A stretch of 63,800 nt of DNA, the filler included, from Welwitschia mirabilis (lineage: Eukaryota), in the NCBI GenBank assembly GCA_051453625.1. It is 8 parts of one record of this genome, joined end to end, with 100 filler letters (N's around TTAATTAATTAA, not from the genome) between each part and the next. Parts side by side here need not be neighbours in the genome. Positions count along the whole stretch, not along the records: positions 1 to 5,407 come from JBOZIK010000001.1; positions 5,508 to 19,424 come from JBOZIK010000001.1; 6 more parts are not named here. One strand, 5' to 3'. The position numbers and the translations under genes are program-made. Of this stretch, positions 1-12,444 are shown piece after piece (position 1 is the first letter of the stretch; the number at the start of each line of letters is the position of its first letter). The notes beneath the pieces are model-generated. The model saw only the letters and a list, made by a program, of their open reading frames with translations, had not been told where the DNA came from and ran no database searches.

Positions 1-912
1 GTTTTATATGAGTCAATTCATTCCAGCTGGGTATAGTAGCTTGCCTTTTGAAGGTCTGATTACAGCTATTCTAGAGAATCATGATTTTGCAGTTCAGAAG
101 GATGAAGAGATGCTTAAGGTACCTAAACCTTTGGGATTGTATTCTCTAAAGAACATGAACATTCTTTCTGAAGTTGTTGGTCCTTCCCCTCCTCCCAAGA
201 AGAAACAGCGAACAGAAGAAGATTCTAGTTCAGTCTCAGACAGCAATGAGGATCTGATGAAGGAGATTTTGGATGTGAAAGAGATTGCTCTTCAGGCTTA
301 GGGGACGACAAACAAACTGTGCAAGCGCGTAGATCGGATAGTTTCTGGTTTGTCTGCGTATGGGTTGGAGATTCTTCTTGGTTCAGAGGAAGACGAGGAG
401 GAACGTGTTGCTTCTGAGCATGATGGTTCATCATCTTAGTCTTCTATCCTCTCCTCATTTTGCCTGTTATATCTCTCTTGTTCTTATCAGTTTTTTTATT
501 GTACATGCTTGACAAAATCGGTTGTAATCTTCAAGTTCAATGAATACAATTTGTTCCTTTTCCTCTTCGAATTGTCTATGTGTTTGTTTTTTGACTATTT
601 TTTTTAATAATGACAAAGTGGGAGAAAATATACCATATTTATCTAATGTCTTAACGAGCTATCTAGCATATGAAGCACTTATTTTTCAATTTTCTCAATA
701 TAGCGCTTATTTTTAATATCTCTGATACAATGCACAATTTTTTAGACTTTTGATAGAACTCTATTGTACTAAACCATCTGCAAGGACTTTTTGTGTGTTA
801 TCCATTCGTGGAGATTACAGGTTAATTGAGGAGCACAACTTCTGGGGGAGCATTCTTCTCTCTATCTTGCCAAATCTGGGTACAAAGTTGTCATCATTGA
901 AAAGGGGGAGAT
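1..912 (+). mobile_element. 3' internal region of a Sirevirus (Ty1/copia SIRE/Maximus): end of env-like ORF plus multiple PPT-like tracts
   Basis: ORF 8-301 (SSLPFEGLITAILENH...KPLGLYSLKNMN) is near-identical to the env-like ORF at 7852-8100. Purine tracts occur at ~612-628 and ~843-850, and AAAAGGGGGAGAT sits directly before TG at 913. Confidence 0.8.
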
Positions 913-1980
913 TGTGGAAGAGTCTGTCGAAGTGTCCAGTGTTTCAATGATGTTGAAGGGTAGGCAGTGGCTCCTCCAAAATTGTGCAAATCAGAAGTTG
1001 TGCCATCTGAGACGTCCGAGTTATGTCACTGCGCCGTCTGACCCTGTACATGGTTAAATGTATGGGGACGTTTGAAGTTTGCAATCAAGATGTTCGACCC
1101 TGTACGCAGTTAAATGTATGGGGACGTCTGAGGTCTGTTACTAGGACGTCTGACCTTGTACATGGGAAAAATATATGGGGATGTCCAAATTCTGCCACTG
1201 GGACGTCCGACCCTATTTTTTGGATTCTAGTATGGGGATGTCCGAGTTCTAAACCGGGACGTCCGAGACTCTTCTTAGTTTTGATAGGAATTTGATGTTA
1301 CAATCGAGACGTCTGGTCTAAAAAGTTGGGACGTCTGGCTCAGTGAAGTTGCAGCCGCCAAAGTGACACTATTCAATCTTCTAACGACTAGGGCTGTGGC
1401 ACAAATAGCTAGGGTTGCGCTTCAAATGGCTAGGGCTTCAATCTTGAGGCTCCAACAATAACCCTTAGGCTATAAAAAGCTAGAATCGCTTTCTATAATG
1501 GTTAATGCTCCATGATTGTACCGTTTTGAAACCTGAGATTTACTTACAATTTGTACTTCACTAGGCTATAGCTTGTAATTAGACATCTTGTGCTTACTTG
1601 TTCGTGTGCTGTGCTAAAGGCATCTACATCATCAGATTTCATTATTCCTATTCTTTTCAATGGCTCTTTGGAGTGAGCCTGTTCATCCTAAGAGAAGGGA
1701 TAGTTTGTAACCCTTGGAGAAGGGTGTTGTACTTTGCCTAAGCTGTTGGGTGTTGGTTAAGGGAACCAAGAGGCTGAAAGCATGTTGTTGCCCTTGTGAG
1801 TGGAGTAAGGCAAGGATTGCCGAACCACTATAAATCCGGTGCGTTAGTCATTTGATTTTCCATGTGCTATTTTTGTGTTATTTTCTTATTAGTGCAAAAT
1901 CTGATTTTGATTGTCTTTTAGCAATAGTTTTTTAATTTACCCTATTCACCCCCCTTCTAGGGTGCCTATTGATCCTAACA
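913..1980 (+). repeat. Sirevirus 3' LTR (~1.07 kb)
   Basis: Starts TGTGGAAGAG after the PPT and ends ...CCTATTCACCCCCCTTCTAGG...CCTAACA (Sirevirus U5 motif). GGACGTCC-type palindromes are repeated at ~1010-1340, with TATAAAA at 1471. Homologous to the LTR at 12445-13471. Confidence 0.88.
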
Positions 1981-2622
1981 CTAAATGTTATCAAAATATT
2001 TATGTCCAAACATTTTTGTAAATCTAGTCTTAACATTGTCCAAATACCTTTGTGATGTAATCAGTGCTCAATTTCATGCAATTTAACATGATTCAGTGAC
2101 TATCTTATGTTAAACATTTTTGTACCCATTATTTCTCATTTGAAATAGATTATGGGGAAGCCCTTCTATCTTATGATACTAGTTTTTGTTGGAAGTGAAG
2201 CCAAATCTCTTGATGTTACTTATTCCTTTATAGTGTGACTTCATATATTTATATATAGCCCCTTTTCTTGTTGTAATATTAAAAGGAAAAAGGGAAATTA
2301 AATGGGGTCATCTAGAAAGTTCNNNNNNNNNNNNNNNNNNNNNNNNNNNNNNNNNNNNNNNNNNNNNNNNNNNNNNNNNNNNNNNNNNNNNNNNNNNNNN
2401 NNNNNNNNNNNNNNNNNNNNNNNNNNNNNNNNNNNNNNNNNNNNNNNNNNNNNNNNNNNNNNNNNNNNNNNNNNNNNNNNNNNNNNNNNNNNNNNNNNNN
2501 NNNNNNNNNNNNNNNNNNNNNNNNNNNNNNNNNNNNNNNNNNNNNNNNNNNNNNNNNNNNNNNNNNNNNNNNNNNNNNNNNNNNNNNNNNNNNNNNNNNN
2601 NNNNNNNNNNNNNNNNNNNNNN

Positions 2623-2688
2623 NCTTTTAGCAATAGTTTTTAATTTACCCTAGTCACCCCTCCTCTAGGGTGCCTATCAATCCTAACA
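2623..2688 (+). repeat. 3' end of another LTR of the same Sirevirus family, abutting the RT of element B
   Basis: Near-identical to 1915-1980 and ends CCTAACA. Followed directly by minus-strand RT sequence (KARLVAQGY). The rest of the LTR lies in the N gap. Confidence 0.75.
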
Positions 2689-5034
2689 ATTCCTTCCTAT
2701 TAGCTGTATCCTTGAGCAACCAAGCGAGCTTTGTTTTGGACTATGTTGTGATTCTCATCTCTTTTGTTTATTTGGTTCCAATAATGTGCTTGCTTTTAGG
2801 AGAGGGAACTAGATCCCACACTTTGTTCCTTCAAATTGATTCAATTCTTGTTGCATGGCAATCATCCATGCATCATCTTTTTCAACTTCTTGAATGTTTT
2901 TGGGTTCTATACTAGATATAGAAAGCAGAGAAGACTATGACTAATGTGTTTGCTGGTTCTAGTTGTTGTTCCCTGATTAGGATTACTTACTATAACTTCT
3001 TGAGGGTGATCTTTTTTAGTTCGTTGATGAAGGGTATGACATATGTTGGTTTCTCCCTTATCGTGGTCATTTGCTTGAGGTGGATGGTTGATTTTTAGAT
3101 GAAGAAGGTTCTGCTAAGATTTCTATATGATTAGCACTGTTTGACGAAATATAATGACAAGAATCATCAATTCTTATATGAGCTGATTCTTCCGCTTTAC
3201 CTGTAGCTTTGTTAAAGATCGTGTAAACTTGCAAACTCAAGAATATTCTAGAACTATTCCATTGTTGGATTTTGATTCAAATTTACTTATATGATACTTG
3301 TCCTTGAGAAAAGCACATTTACTGCCACAAACTTTAAAGTAGCTAACATTTGGTTTCTTTCCATACCAAAGTGTATGGGCGGTTTTTCTGGTGTGAGAAC
3401 GAAGAAAGACTCTACTGGAGACATAACATGTTGTGTTAACAACTTCTAGCCAAAGATAATGAGGAAGGGAGGATTCAGTTCTTGCCATTTCAATCAAAAC
3501 ACGATTTTTTCTTTCGGCTACACCATTTTGTTGAGGTGTTGGGGGGGCTGAGAATTGATGTGAGATTCCATTGGCATTACAAAACTCATCAAATTTTTCA
3601 TTATCATATTCCCCTCCTTTATTAGATCGAATAACCTTAATCGTTTTATCTTGTTCCTTTTGAATTTTCTTACCAATTTTAATGAACATCTCATAGGCTT
3701 CATCCTTATGAGTTAAGAAACCTACCCAATAGANNNNNNNNNNNNNNNNNNNNNNNNNNNNNNNNNNNNNNNNNNNNNNNNNNNNNNNNNNNNNNNNNNN
3801 NNNNNNNNNNNNNNNNNNNNNNNNNNNNNNNNNNNNNNNNNNNNNNNNNNNNNNNNNNNNNNNNNNNNNNNNNNNNNNNNNNNNNNNNNNNNNNNNNNNN
3901 NNNNNNNNNNNNNNNNNNNNNNNNNNNNNNNNNNNNNNNNNNNNNNNNNNNNNNNNNNNNNNNNNNNNNNNNNNNNNNNNNNNNNNNNNNNNNNNNNNNN
4001 NNNNNNNNNNNNNNNNNNNNNNNNNNNNNNNNNNNNNNNNNNNNNNNNNNNNNNNNNNNNNNNNNNNNNNNNNNNNNNNNNNNNNNNNNNNNNNNNNNNN
4101 NNNNNNNNNNNNNNNNNNNNNNNNNNNNNNNNNNNNNNNNNNNNNNNNNNNNNNNNNNNNNNNNNNNNNNNNNNNNNNNNNNNNNNNNNNNNNNNNNNNN
4201 NNNNNNNNNNNNNNNNNNNNNNNNNNNNNNNNNNNNNNNNNNNNNNNNNNNNNNNNNNNNNNNNNNNNNNNNNNNNNNNNNNNNNNNNNNNNNNNNNNNN
4301 NNNNNNNNNNNNNNNNNNNNNNNNNNNNNNNNNNNNNNNNNNNNNNNNNNNNNNNNNNNNNNNNNNNNNNNNNNNNNNNNNNNNNNNNNNNNNNNNNNNN
4401 NNNNNNNNNNNNNNNNNNNNNNNNNNNNNNNNNNNNNNNNNNNNNNNNNNNNNNNNNNNNNNNNNNNNNNNNNNNNNNNNNNNNNNNNNNNNNNNNNNNN
4501 NNNNNNNNNGAATTTTCTTACCAATTTTAATGAACATCTCATAGGCTTCATCCTTATGAGTTAAGAAACCTACCCAATAGAATCTTAAAAAATCATCTAC
4601 CATGCCTAGAAAGTACCTCCTTCCTCTAATACTTCTAGTTTAAATGGGACCCACCAAATCTATGTGAACTAAATCTAAAGGTCTAGTGGAAGAGATATCC
4701 TTTTTTCTTGGAAAACTTGATTCAACCAATATTCCCTTTAGATAGGATTCACAAACTTTGGCGTGAGCAATATTTAACTTTGAGACACCTTTGACTATTT
4801 CTTTAAACGAGATTGTCTTTAAATCTTTTAGATTTATATGACTCAATCTATGATGCCACAAGCTAACTTCATTAGTTTGAGCTAGCTTCCATTGTTTGAT
4901 TGATCATTACTTCCTAGCACATACATACATTTTGACCCATGACTTGTGAGAATTTCTTAATTAGTGAAGACCCATGACTTGTGAGAATTTCTTAATTAGT
5001 GAAGCTATTGCGGATGATGCATTCATCTTCTTTA
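2689..5034 (-). pseudogene. Degenerate copia pol of element B: GAG-pre-integrase, integrase, start of RT
   Basis: KEDECIIRNS...LWHHRLSH...LDLVHIDLVGP; VDDFLRFYWVGFL; TPQQNGVAERKNR; KPNVSYFKVCGSKC; KARLVAQGY. Contains stops, frameshifts and an N gap. Confidence 0.88.
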
Positions 5035-5407
5035 GCGAGTAAATGTCACGAAAATACACAATAACTAAGCTAGTAAACAATGTAGAAAGAGAACACGGAG
5101 ACACAATGATTATGTGGAAAACCGCAATGAGGGGAAAAAATAATGGGCAACCAGTGTAGAGCTCTATTATCTTCTTAAAGAGTACAAGCCAAGAATAGGC
5201 TTCAAGCTAACAATAGGCTTTAGGCAAGGATGCCTTACAGAACTCTATCGACTCTCTATCTTACAAACAACCCTCACACCACCATTAAATAGGCCAAGGG
5301 TTACAACCAATTAGGGTTATAAGCGAAAACCCTAAACAGCGTATCATCCCTCTCTTGACACATGTTCCATCTCTACCCCGTGCCCCCAAGGATGGTTTAA
5401 AATAGGA

Positions 5408-5507
5408 NNNNNNNNNNNNNNNNNNNNNNNNNNNNNNNNNNNNNNNNNNNNTTAATTAATTAANNNNNNNNNNNNNNNNNNNNNNNNNNNNNNNNNNNNN
5501 NNNNNNN
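5408..5507. other. Artificial scaffold linker N44-TTAATTAATTAA-N44 (12-mer also at 19469, 26179, 35745, 41509, 56456, 62427)
   Basis: Identical 12-mer with stops in all six frames, centred in a ~100-nt N block, seven times. Confidence 0.96.
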
Positions 5508-6181
5508 AGGAGCGACATAGTATATGAGGCAGCCATCAGGGTAGGGCGAACAGTCTCCTAAGAATTAGGCAAGGAATTGAGAATCGCGGTTACCCTTATG
5601 TTTTCTTTAAACGTCATCCTCAGGTCGTTCAACTGTGTGAATAGGCCGTTCATCTTGTCCAGGTGTGCTTGAAATGATGCACCTTCTTTCATCTTCATTT
5701 TAAAGACATGGTTAACAGTATAAAATTGATTCATGCTAGTAGGTTAATCATACCTCTACATCAGAATCTGCCACAGTTTGGCTGTTGTAGAAATCTTGCT
5801 ATGGGATTGAAGAATCCCATTGCCAGGGCATGGACGTATCAACGAAAGTGCCCTTTTGTCAAGTTTCTTCCACTCTTAGTCAAGGTACTTTTTCAGTCAT
5901 TCTGCGTCAAAAAGTCCAGATGTTGCCTTTTCATCTGCTTCCATCTTTAGGATCATGTCACATTCCTTCTAGCAAAGGATGTCTTCCATCAGAATCTTCA
6001 ATACGCCCCAGTTCTCAGCTCTGATTAGTTGGTTGCTCGTTTGTAAAAAGTCTATCATCGTTTAACTGTACGGCTGTATGANNNNNNNNNNNNNNNNNNN
6101 NNNNNNNNNNNNNNNNNNNNNNNNNNNNNNNNNNNNNNNNNNNNNNNNNNNNNNNNNNNNNNNNNNNNNNNNNNNNNNNNN

Positions 6182-7160
6182 AGATACACGTACTTCTATG
6201 AAACTTTGTTATACGAGGAAAACATCGAAACATCTAGGCAGACATGCAAAGAAGCACCAGAATCCAAAATCCAAACATCAAGGCAAGAGTATTAAGAAAC
6301 ATTTACCTCTTGTGCATCTGCAATCAACATAATGTCAACATCTCCTTCTGTATTCAACCCTTGTCCTTCTTCCTAGTTTTGTTGGTTACCTCCTTCCTTC
6401 TGTTTACGCTTGTTTTTTAGGCTATGACCTTTCTTGTTGCAATGCCAACATTCAGTGCTTCTGTTGACGGATTTTCCTCTGCTCTTGCTTTGCCAACGTC
6501 CTCCTCCTCTAGTCTGAGAACATCCTCTATGAATAGTAAGGGCTTCTCCAACAGACTCAACAACCCTAGTCTTGTATGCATCTAGAAGCCTTGAAATTAT
6601 AGTATTTAGGTGCAACATAGTATCTGAGGCAGTCATCAGGGTAGTGCGAACAGTCTCCCAAGAACCAGGCAAGGAACTGAGAACTGCGATTATCCTTGAG
6701 TTTTCTTCAAACATCACCCTTAAGTCATCCAACTGTGTGAATAGACTGTTCATCTCATCCAGGTGTGCTTGCAACAACACACCTCCTTTCATCTTCATCT
6801 TGAAGACCTTGTTAACAGTATAAAATTAATTCATGTTAGTAGGCTGATCATACATCTGCATCAAAATCTGCTACAGTTCGACTGTTGTAGAAGTCTTGCC
6901 ATGGGATTCAAGAATCCCGTTGCCAAGGCATGGTCGTATCAACGAAAGCACCCTTCTGTCAAGTTTCTTCCACTCTTCATCAGGGTACTTCTTCAGCCAT
7001 TCTGCGTCAGAAAGTCCAGATGCTACCTTCGCATTTGCTTCTGTCTTTAGGAAAACATCACATTCCTTTTGGCAAATGATGTCTTCCATTAGAATCTTCC
7101 ATAATCCCTAGTTCTCAGCTCCGATTAGTCGGTCGCTTGTTTGCAAAAGCTCTATCGTCG
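6182..7160 (-). pseudogene. Tork-type gag plus protease start (a second gag copy lies at 5508-6080)
   Basis: GLWKILMEDIICQK...WKKLDRRVLSLIRPCL...LLQAHLDEMNSL...SSLPGSWE...CWHCNKKGH...WILDSGAS, with in-frame stops. Confidence 0.85.
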
Positions 7161-7857
7161 TTTAATTGTACGGCTGTATGAACAGATGCCAAATGCATTG
7201 TATGGACACCCAAAATTTCGAGCACACGCTTCACGCGTGTAAGCTCTCTCCGCTATGCTCCGCAACCTCCACTCTGCTACATTCACTTCGCTTCGCGGCC
7301 TATCTCTGCTACGTTCACGCTGCTTCACTCCATTCTTCTCGCAGGGTTTATGGACACAAAGCTTATCACCAAAGCGTGTAAGCCCCAAACCTAGTGCTCT
7401 GATATCAAGTGTTACGAAAATACACAACAACAAAGCTAGTAAACAATGTAGAAACAGAATACAGTGACACAAGTATTTACGTGAAAAACCCAAATAAGGG
7501 GACAAAACCATGGGAAAGCAGTGCAGAGCTCTGTTATCTTCTTAAAGAGTACAGGCCAAGAATAGGCTTTAAGCCAACAACAGGCTTCAGGCAAGGATGC
7601 CTTATAGAACTCTATCAACTCTCTATCTTACAAACAACCCTTACACCACCATGAAATAGGCCAAGGGTTACAATCAATTAAGGTTACAAGCCAAAACCCT
7701 AAAGAGGTATCATCCCTCTCGTGACACATGTTCCATCTCTACCCAGTGCCCCCAAGGGTGGTTTAAAATAGAAACCTCCTTTTACAATATTAAAGTGGGG
7801 CCGACGTAAAACATAACATTAAGGACAATATAATAAATTTGGCTTCACATATTAACA

Positions 7858-8632
7858 GTAAAGGCCAAGAGGTTTTGGGAGCTTTACCATTTCTTCATCC
7901 TTCTGAATTGCAAATTGATGATTTTCTAGAATAGCAGTAATAAGTTCGCCAAAAGGTAAGCTACTATAACCACCATTGATGAACTGACTCTTGTAGAACA
8001 TGGTGAATTTACACAAATTTATTTTAACACTCGTGCTAAGACAAAACAATATATATGCACATAATGGAGAAACTTCATCTTTGTGACTTAGTTTACGCAT
8101 AAGGTTGTGTGTAGAAATTTGAAATAAAACTCTATAAAAAGGAATTAACTTATTTGTGGGAATATTGGCTCTCCACTAACAAGTTGACCTACAAAGTTCA
8201 TTTGTTAACACTTCTAGAACCATAGCTTCTTTCACTGTACTTATTGAAGAAATTGCACGAACAAGCCTTCATTTGGAAAGCTGGTGACTAAAGAAATGGA
8301 TTAGAGATCTACATCTACTCGTCTACCACAAACTTTGGTAGTAATAACCCAATCTGTAGAATCAAAATGGGCATCACAATAGAAAGACGTGCCATACGAG
8401 TAGAAGCTCGAGAATCAAGATCTAAGGCATATAACCAACCTTGCTCTTCAAATTTATCTATTATCCTGACTTCTCGGTTGAAAGAGTCATAGTCTATCTT
8501 CCTTTCTGGAGCTAGGGGGCTCTTGTTGAAGCCACTGAACCAAGCTTTGCGGTGTTTTGGAGATAAGAACCATTTTGACTTTGACTTTGGTTCTTGTCCT
8601 TTTTTGGAAATGCCAGTGTTGCTTCTGACCAT
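7858..8632 (-). pseudogene. Sirevirus env-like ORF (degenerate)
   Basis: Lies downstream of RNase H. APERKIDY...FEEQGW...LPFGELITAIL motifs; homologous to ORF 8-301. Confidence 0.78.
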
Positions 8633-9050
8633 GATGATTCAAGATTAGGGGCTCAGAGGATTCAGAGGAACTTAAAGAAAGGAATGGAGTGTAAGAAATG
8701 AGAAAAAGAAACAAGAGTTTGATTTTTAAGCTCAAGAATAGCGTGGGTGTCTTGCTAGGGTTGCATTCGTGTTAAAGCGCAGACGTCTGGATTTCTAAGG
8801 GCGAACGTCATGGTTATAACAACAAGACATATGCAAAGTTGAAGAAGAGTGGATATCTGATTGAAAAAGAATGGGACGCTTGGGATATAACCAGACTTGG
8901 GACGTCTTGACATTAATCTGGGACATCCGGGTGCAGATAAAAAGCTAGGATAAGGAAGCACCCAGAAACCAACAATCACACAAACAACAATAATGACCAC
9001 ATTACTGATAGATTTTCTCAGGTAAGAGCATACAGATTTTTATTAACAAA

Positions 9051-11306
9051 TCATTGAGAAGGAGGGCAAGTCCCTATACTTAGATTCCTTCTGAGATAGC
9101 TAAATCTCTCTTCAGTTAAACTTTTACTCATTACATCAGCTATCTGATCATGAGTTAAAACATGTTCTCGTTCTATTATATTATTCTGAACTTGCTTTCT
9201 TATGAAATGGTGTCTAATATTAATGTGCTTTGTTCTTGAGTGTTTAACCAGATTTTTGGTGATGTTTATAACACTAGTGTTGTCACAAAATAGTTTTACT
9301 AATTCTGGTTTCACACCAAAATCCGATAGCATTTGTTTCATCTATAAGAGTTGGGCACAACATGCTCCTATAGCAATGTACTCAGCTTCAACTGTTGATA
9401 ATGATGTTGAATTCTGTTTTCTGCTTAACCATGAAACTAAGCAGTTACCCATGTCGAAACAAGCACCACTAGTACTCTTTTTGTCATCAATACATCCAGC
9501 CCAATCAGTGTCATTGTATCCTCTAAATCAATAGAGGTGTCATATGGTTACCAAAGCCTAAAATATTGAGTGTTTTTAAAATATCTCAAGATTCTTTTGA
9601 CACAAATCAAATGCGATTCCCTTGGATCGGACTGATACCTTGCACATATGCCTACATTATGTGCTATATACGGTCTATTAGCTGTTATATACAATAAGCT
9701 TCGAATTATTCATCTAAATAACTTTTGATCTATTTTCTTTCCTGTCTCATCTTTACTAATTTTTCACATTTGTGGAAACAGGAGTTGTTGCATCTTTGGA
9801 ATTTATCATATCATATTTCTTTAGAATATCTTGAATATACTTGGTTCGACTAATAAATATTCCATCATTTGTCTGTTTAATTTGCAGACCTAAGAACATG
9901 CTTGGTTCACCTACTATGCTCATCTCAAATTCACTTGCATTCTTTTGGCAAATTTGTTGGCAAGAGGTTTTGTGGATCCAAAGGCTATATCATCAGCATA
10001 GATCTATGCTAACAGCATCTCAGCTCCTTCACGTTTGATGAACAAGGTTGGATTAGCATGTCCCTTTTTAAAACCATTTGACACTAGAAAGGAATTTAGC
10101 CTTTTAAACCAAGCTCTAGGAGCTTGTTTCAATTCATGTAAAGCTTTATTTAATTTAAATACATGATTTAGAAACCTTGGATCTATGAAACCAGGAGGTT
10201 GAACTACGTAAATTTCTTCTTTGATATATCCATTTAAAAAGGCACTCTTAACATCCATTTGAAAAAGTTTGATCTTATGATAGCATGTAAAAGCAAGAAG
10301 CATTCAAATGGCTTTTAGGCGAGCAACAGGGGCAAAGGTTTCTCCATAATCTATCCCTTCCTATTGGCTATATCCTTAAGCAACCAGACGAGCTTTGTTC
10401 TGAATGATGTTGTGATTTTCATCTCTTGGTTTTGAACACCCATTTAGTTCCAATGATATGTTCATCTTTAGGAGGAGGAACTAAATTCCATACTTTGTTT
10501 CTCTCGAATTCGTTTAATTCTTGTTGCATTGCTATCATCCAACTAACATCCCTTTCTAGTTCTTGGAAATTCTTCAGTTCAAGGCAAGATAAGAAACAAA
10601 GGAGACTATGGCTAATGCTCTTTCCACTACTGGGGATTGTCCCTTGATCAAGATAACCTACAATAACTTCATGGGGGTGGTCTCTCTTAGTTCTTTGAGA
10701 AAGAGTGTGACAATGGTTGGTCTCTTCTTTTTCTTGACTTGTACCTAAGGTTGAGGGTTGATCTATGTGAGTGGAGGGTCCTGACAAGGTTTCTACTAGG
10801 TTAAAACTATCTGATAAAGTGGAAACACTAAAGTCATCAATTTTAACATGGGCTGATTCTTCTACTTTTCCAGATGCTTTATTCAAAATTTTGTAGGCCT
10901 TATTTACTGACGAGTATGCTAAAAATATACCAGTGTTGGATTTTGATTTAAACTTACTTGTGGATTACTTGTCTGTTAGTATTGCACATTTACTTTCAAA
11001 AATCTTGAAATAGCTTACATTGGGCTTCTTCTCACATAAAAGCTCATAAGCTGTTTTTGAGGTGCTTGACCTGAGAAAAACTCTATTTGAGACATAACAA
11101 GTTGTGTTTATTACTTCTGCCCATCGATTATGAGGAAGAGGGTATTCGTTAATCATAGTTCTAGCCATTTCAATTAAGACACTATTCTTTCTTTCTGCTA
11201 CACTGTTTTGTTGAGGTGCTTGGGAAGCTGAGTATTGATGAGATATACCATTGGTGCTACAAAACTCATCAAATTTTGCGTTGTCTAAATCTCCTCCTTT
11301 ATTGGA
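9051..11306 (-). pseudogene. Copia integrase-RT-RNase H (degenerate)
   Basis: PQQNSVAERKN; AMQQELNEFERNKVW; QMDVKSAFLNG; LKQAPRAW; STVEAEYIA; CDNTSVINI; HSRTKHINIRHHF; QIADV. Confidence 0.92.
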
Positions 11307-11406
11307 NNNNNNNNNNNNNNNNNNNNNNNNNNNNNNNNNNNNNNNNNNNNNNNNNNNNNNNNNNNNNNNNNNNNNNNNNNNNNNNNNNNNNNNNNNNNNN
11401 NNNNNN

Positions 11407-11480
11407 CTTCTGAATTTCTGCAGGTAACAAAGTGCTGAAACCAGTTTCTTCATTCATCATTGAAACTTATTATCTCTACA
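11407..11480 (-). repeat. Start of a further Sirevirus-like LTR inserted just after A's zinc knuckle (rest in gap)
   Basis: After CCECKDFEHVVVDCAN the minus strand reads TGTAGAGATAATAAGTTTCAATGATG, resembling A's LTR start TGTGGAAGAGTATAAGTTTCAACGATG. Confidence 0.55.
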
Positions 11481-12390
11481 GTTAGCACAATCTACAACAA
11501 CATGTTCAAAATCTTTGCACTCACAACATTGAATAGAACTGAAAGAATTTTTAACTTCGTCATTTTTCCCTTTGAAGGACCTTTTGGAATATTGGCCTTC
11601 TTTCCTCTTTGTAGGAAGTTTTTGAAGTTCTTAGTTAGAAGTGCTAGGTCTTCATTCATCTCGTCTTTGCTTGAATCATTGGCCTCCTCACATGCCTTGA
11701 GAGCAGTGCTCTTTCTTTTGGGCGGGTCTTCTTTAGGTAGGAGCATTACCTCATATGCCATTAAAGAACCTTTTGAGTTTTTCTACCTTCATCCTATCGA
11801 TGTCCTTGCTTTCTTCGATGGCTGTCACTTTGGGCCTAACCTTTATAGTGAGACTTCTGAGGATTTTGTAAACTACTCTGTTCTCCGAAACTTTCTCTTC
11901 TAAGCCCCACATGTTGTTGACAATATTGCTCACTTTTGTGGTGTAATCAACAATTGTTTCAAATCCCTCTATTCTGATGTCTCAAATTTTGTTGTGAGGA
12001 GTTGAAGCTTCGAGTTCTTCACCACCTTTGTTCCTTCATGAGCTACTTTGAGAGTATGCCACATTTCTGGGGCAGTGGAACATTAAACTACCTGATCATA
12101 CTATTCGTTTGACAGGGCGCAAATGATTGCATTCATGGCTCTTGCATTGTTCTAGAGTTTCTTTGTGTCATCATCCTTTCACTTCTCTCTGGGTTTCATC
12201 GATATAATTCTGTTCGCATCAACTTGCTTTAGAGGAGCATAGCCCTGTTCGACCATGTCCCATACTTTCGGATGAAGAGAGGTCAAAAATATTCTCATCT
12301 TGGACTTCTAATGAGGATAGTTGTTTCTATTGAAGAAGGGAGGCCTTGATACTGCGTGACCCTCTAAATAACTTGTGGATACCATCAAAC
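11481..12390 (-). pseudogene. Sirevirus gag of element A
   Basis: RPPFFNRNNY; NNARAMNAIICAL; VAHEGT; KILRSL; KVTAIEESKD; CxxC zinc knuckle. Multiple stops. Confidence 0.85.
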
Positions 12391-12444
12391 CTGTACCTAA
12401 AAGAGAGAGTATATAGATCTAGAACACCAGGCTCTAATACTACT

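Larger units (their letters stand above)
5044..7857 (-). mobile_element. Tork/Tnt1-type copia element with both LTRs and a 5-bp TSD (GTAAA), inserted in the env-like ORF of element A
   Basis: LTRs at 7410-7857 (448 bp, TG...CA) and 5044->5407 (runs into gap). GTAAA at 5039-5043 and 7858-7862. PBS TGATATCAGAGCA at 7395-7407. gag with CWHCNKKGH knuckle; protease WILDSGAS at ~6250-6275. Confidence 0.88.

Noticed and set aside
2187-2322. Possible Tork-related LTR start (TGTTGGAAGTGAAGCCAAAT)
   Set aside because: Only ~12 bp shared with the 7857 LTR start; runs into a gap with no PPT or TSD.
3661-4581. Direct repeats flanking N gaps (also ~40415/40548, 49112/49289, 49814/49991, ~58095/58244)
   Set aside because: Near-exact contig-end overlaps, typical of assembly artefacts.
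5452-5463. Recurrent TTAATTAATTAA palindrome as a biological motif
   Set aside because: Always centred in N blocks, so it is an artificial scaffold linker.
7811-7818. ACATAACA as the Tork LTR boundary
   Set aside because: No TSD there. The boundary at 7857 gives matching GTAAA and restores the host frame.
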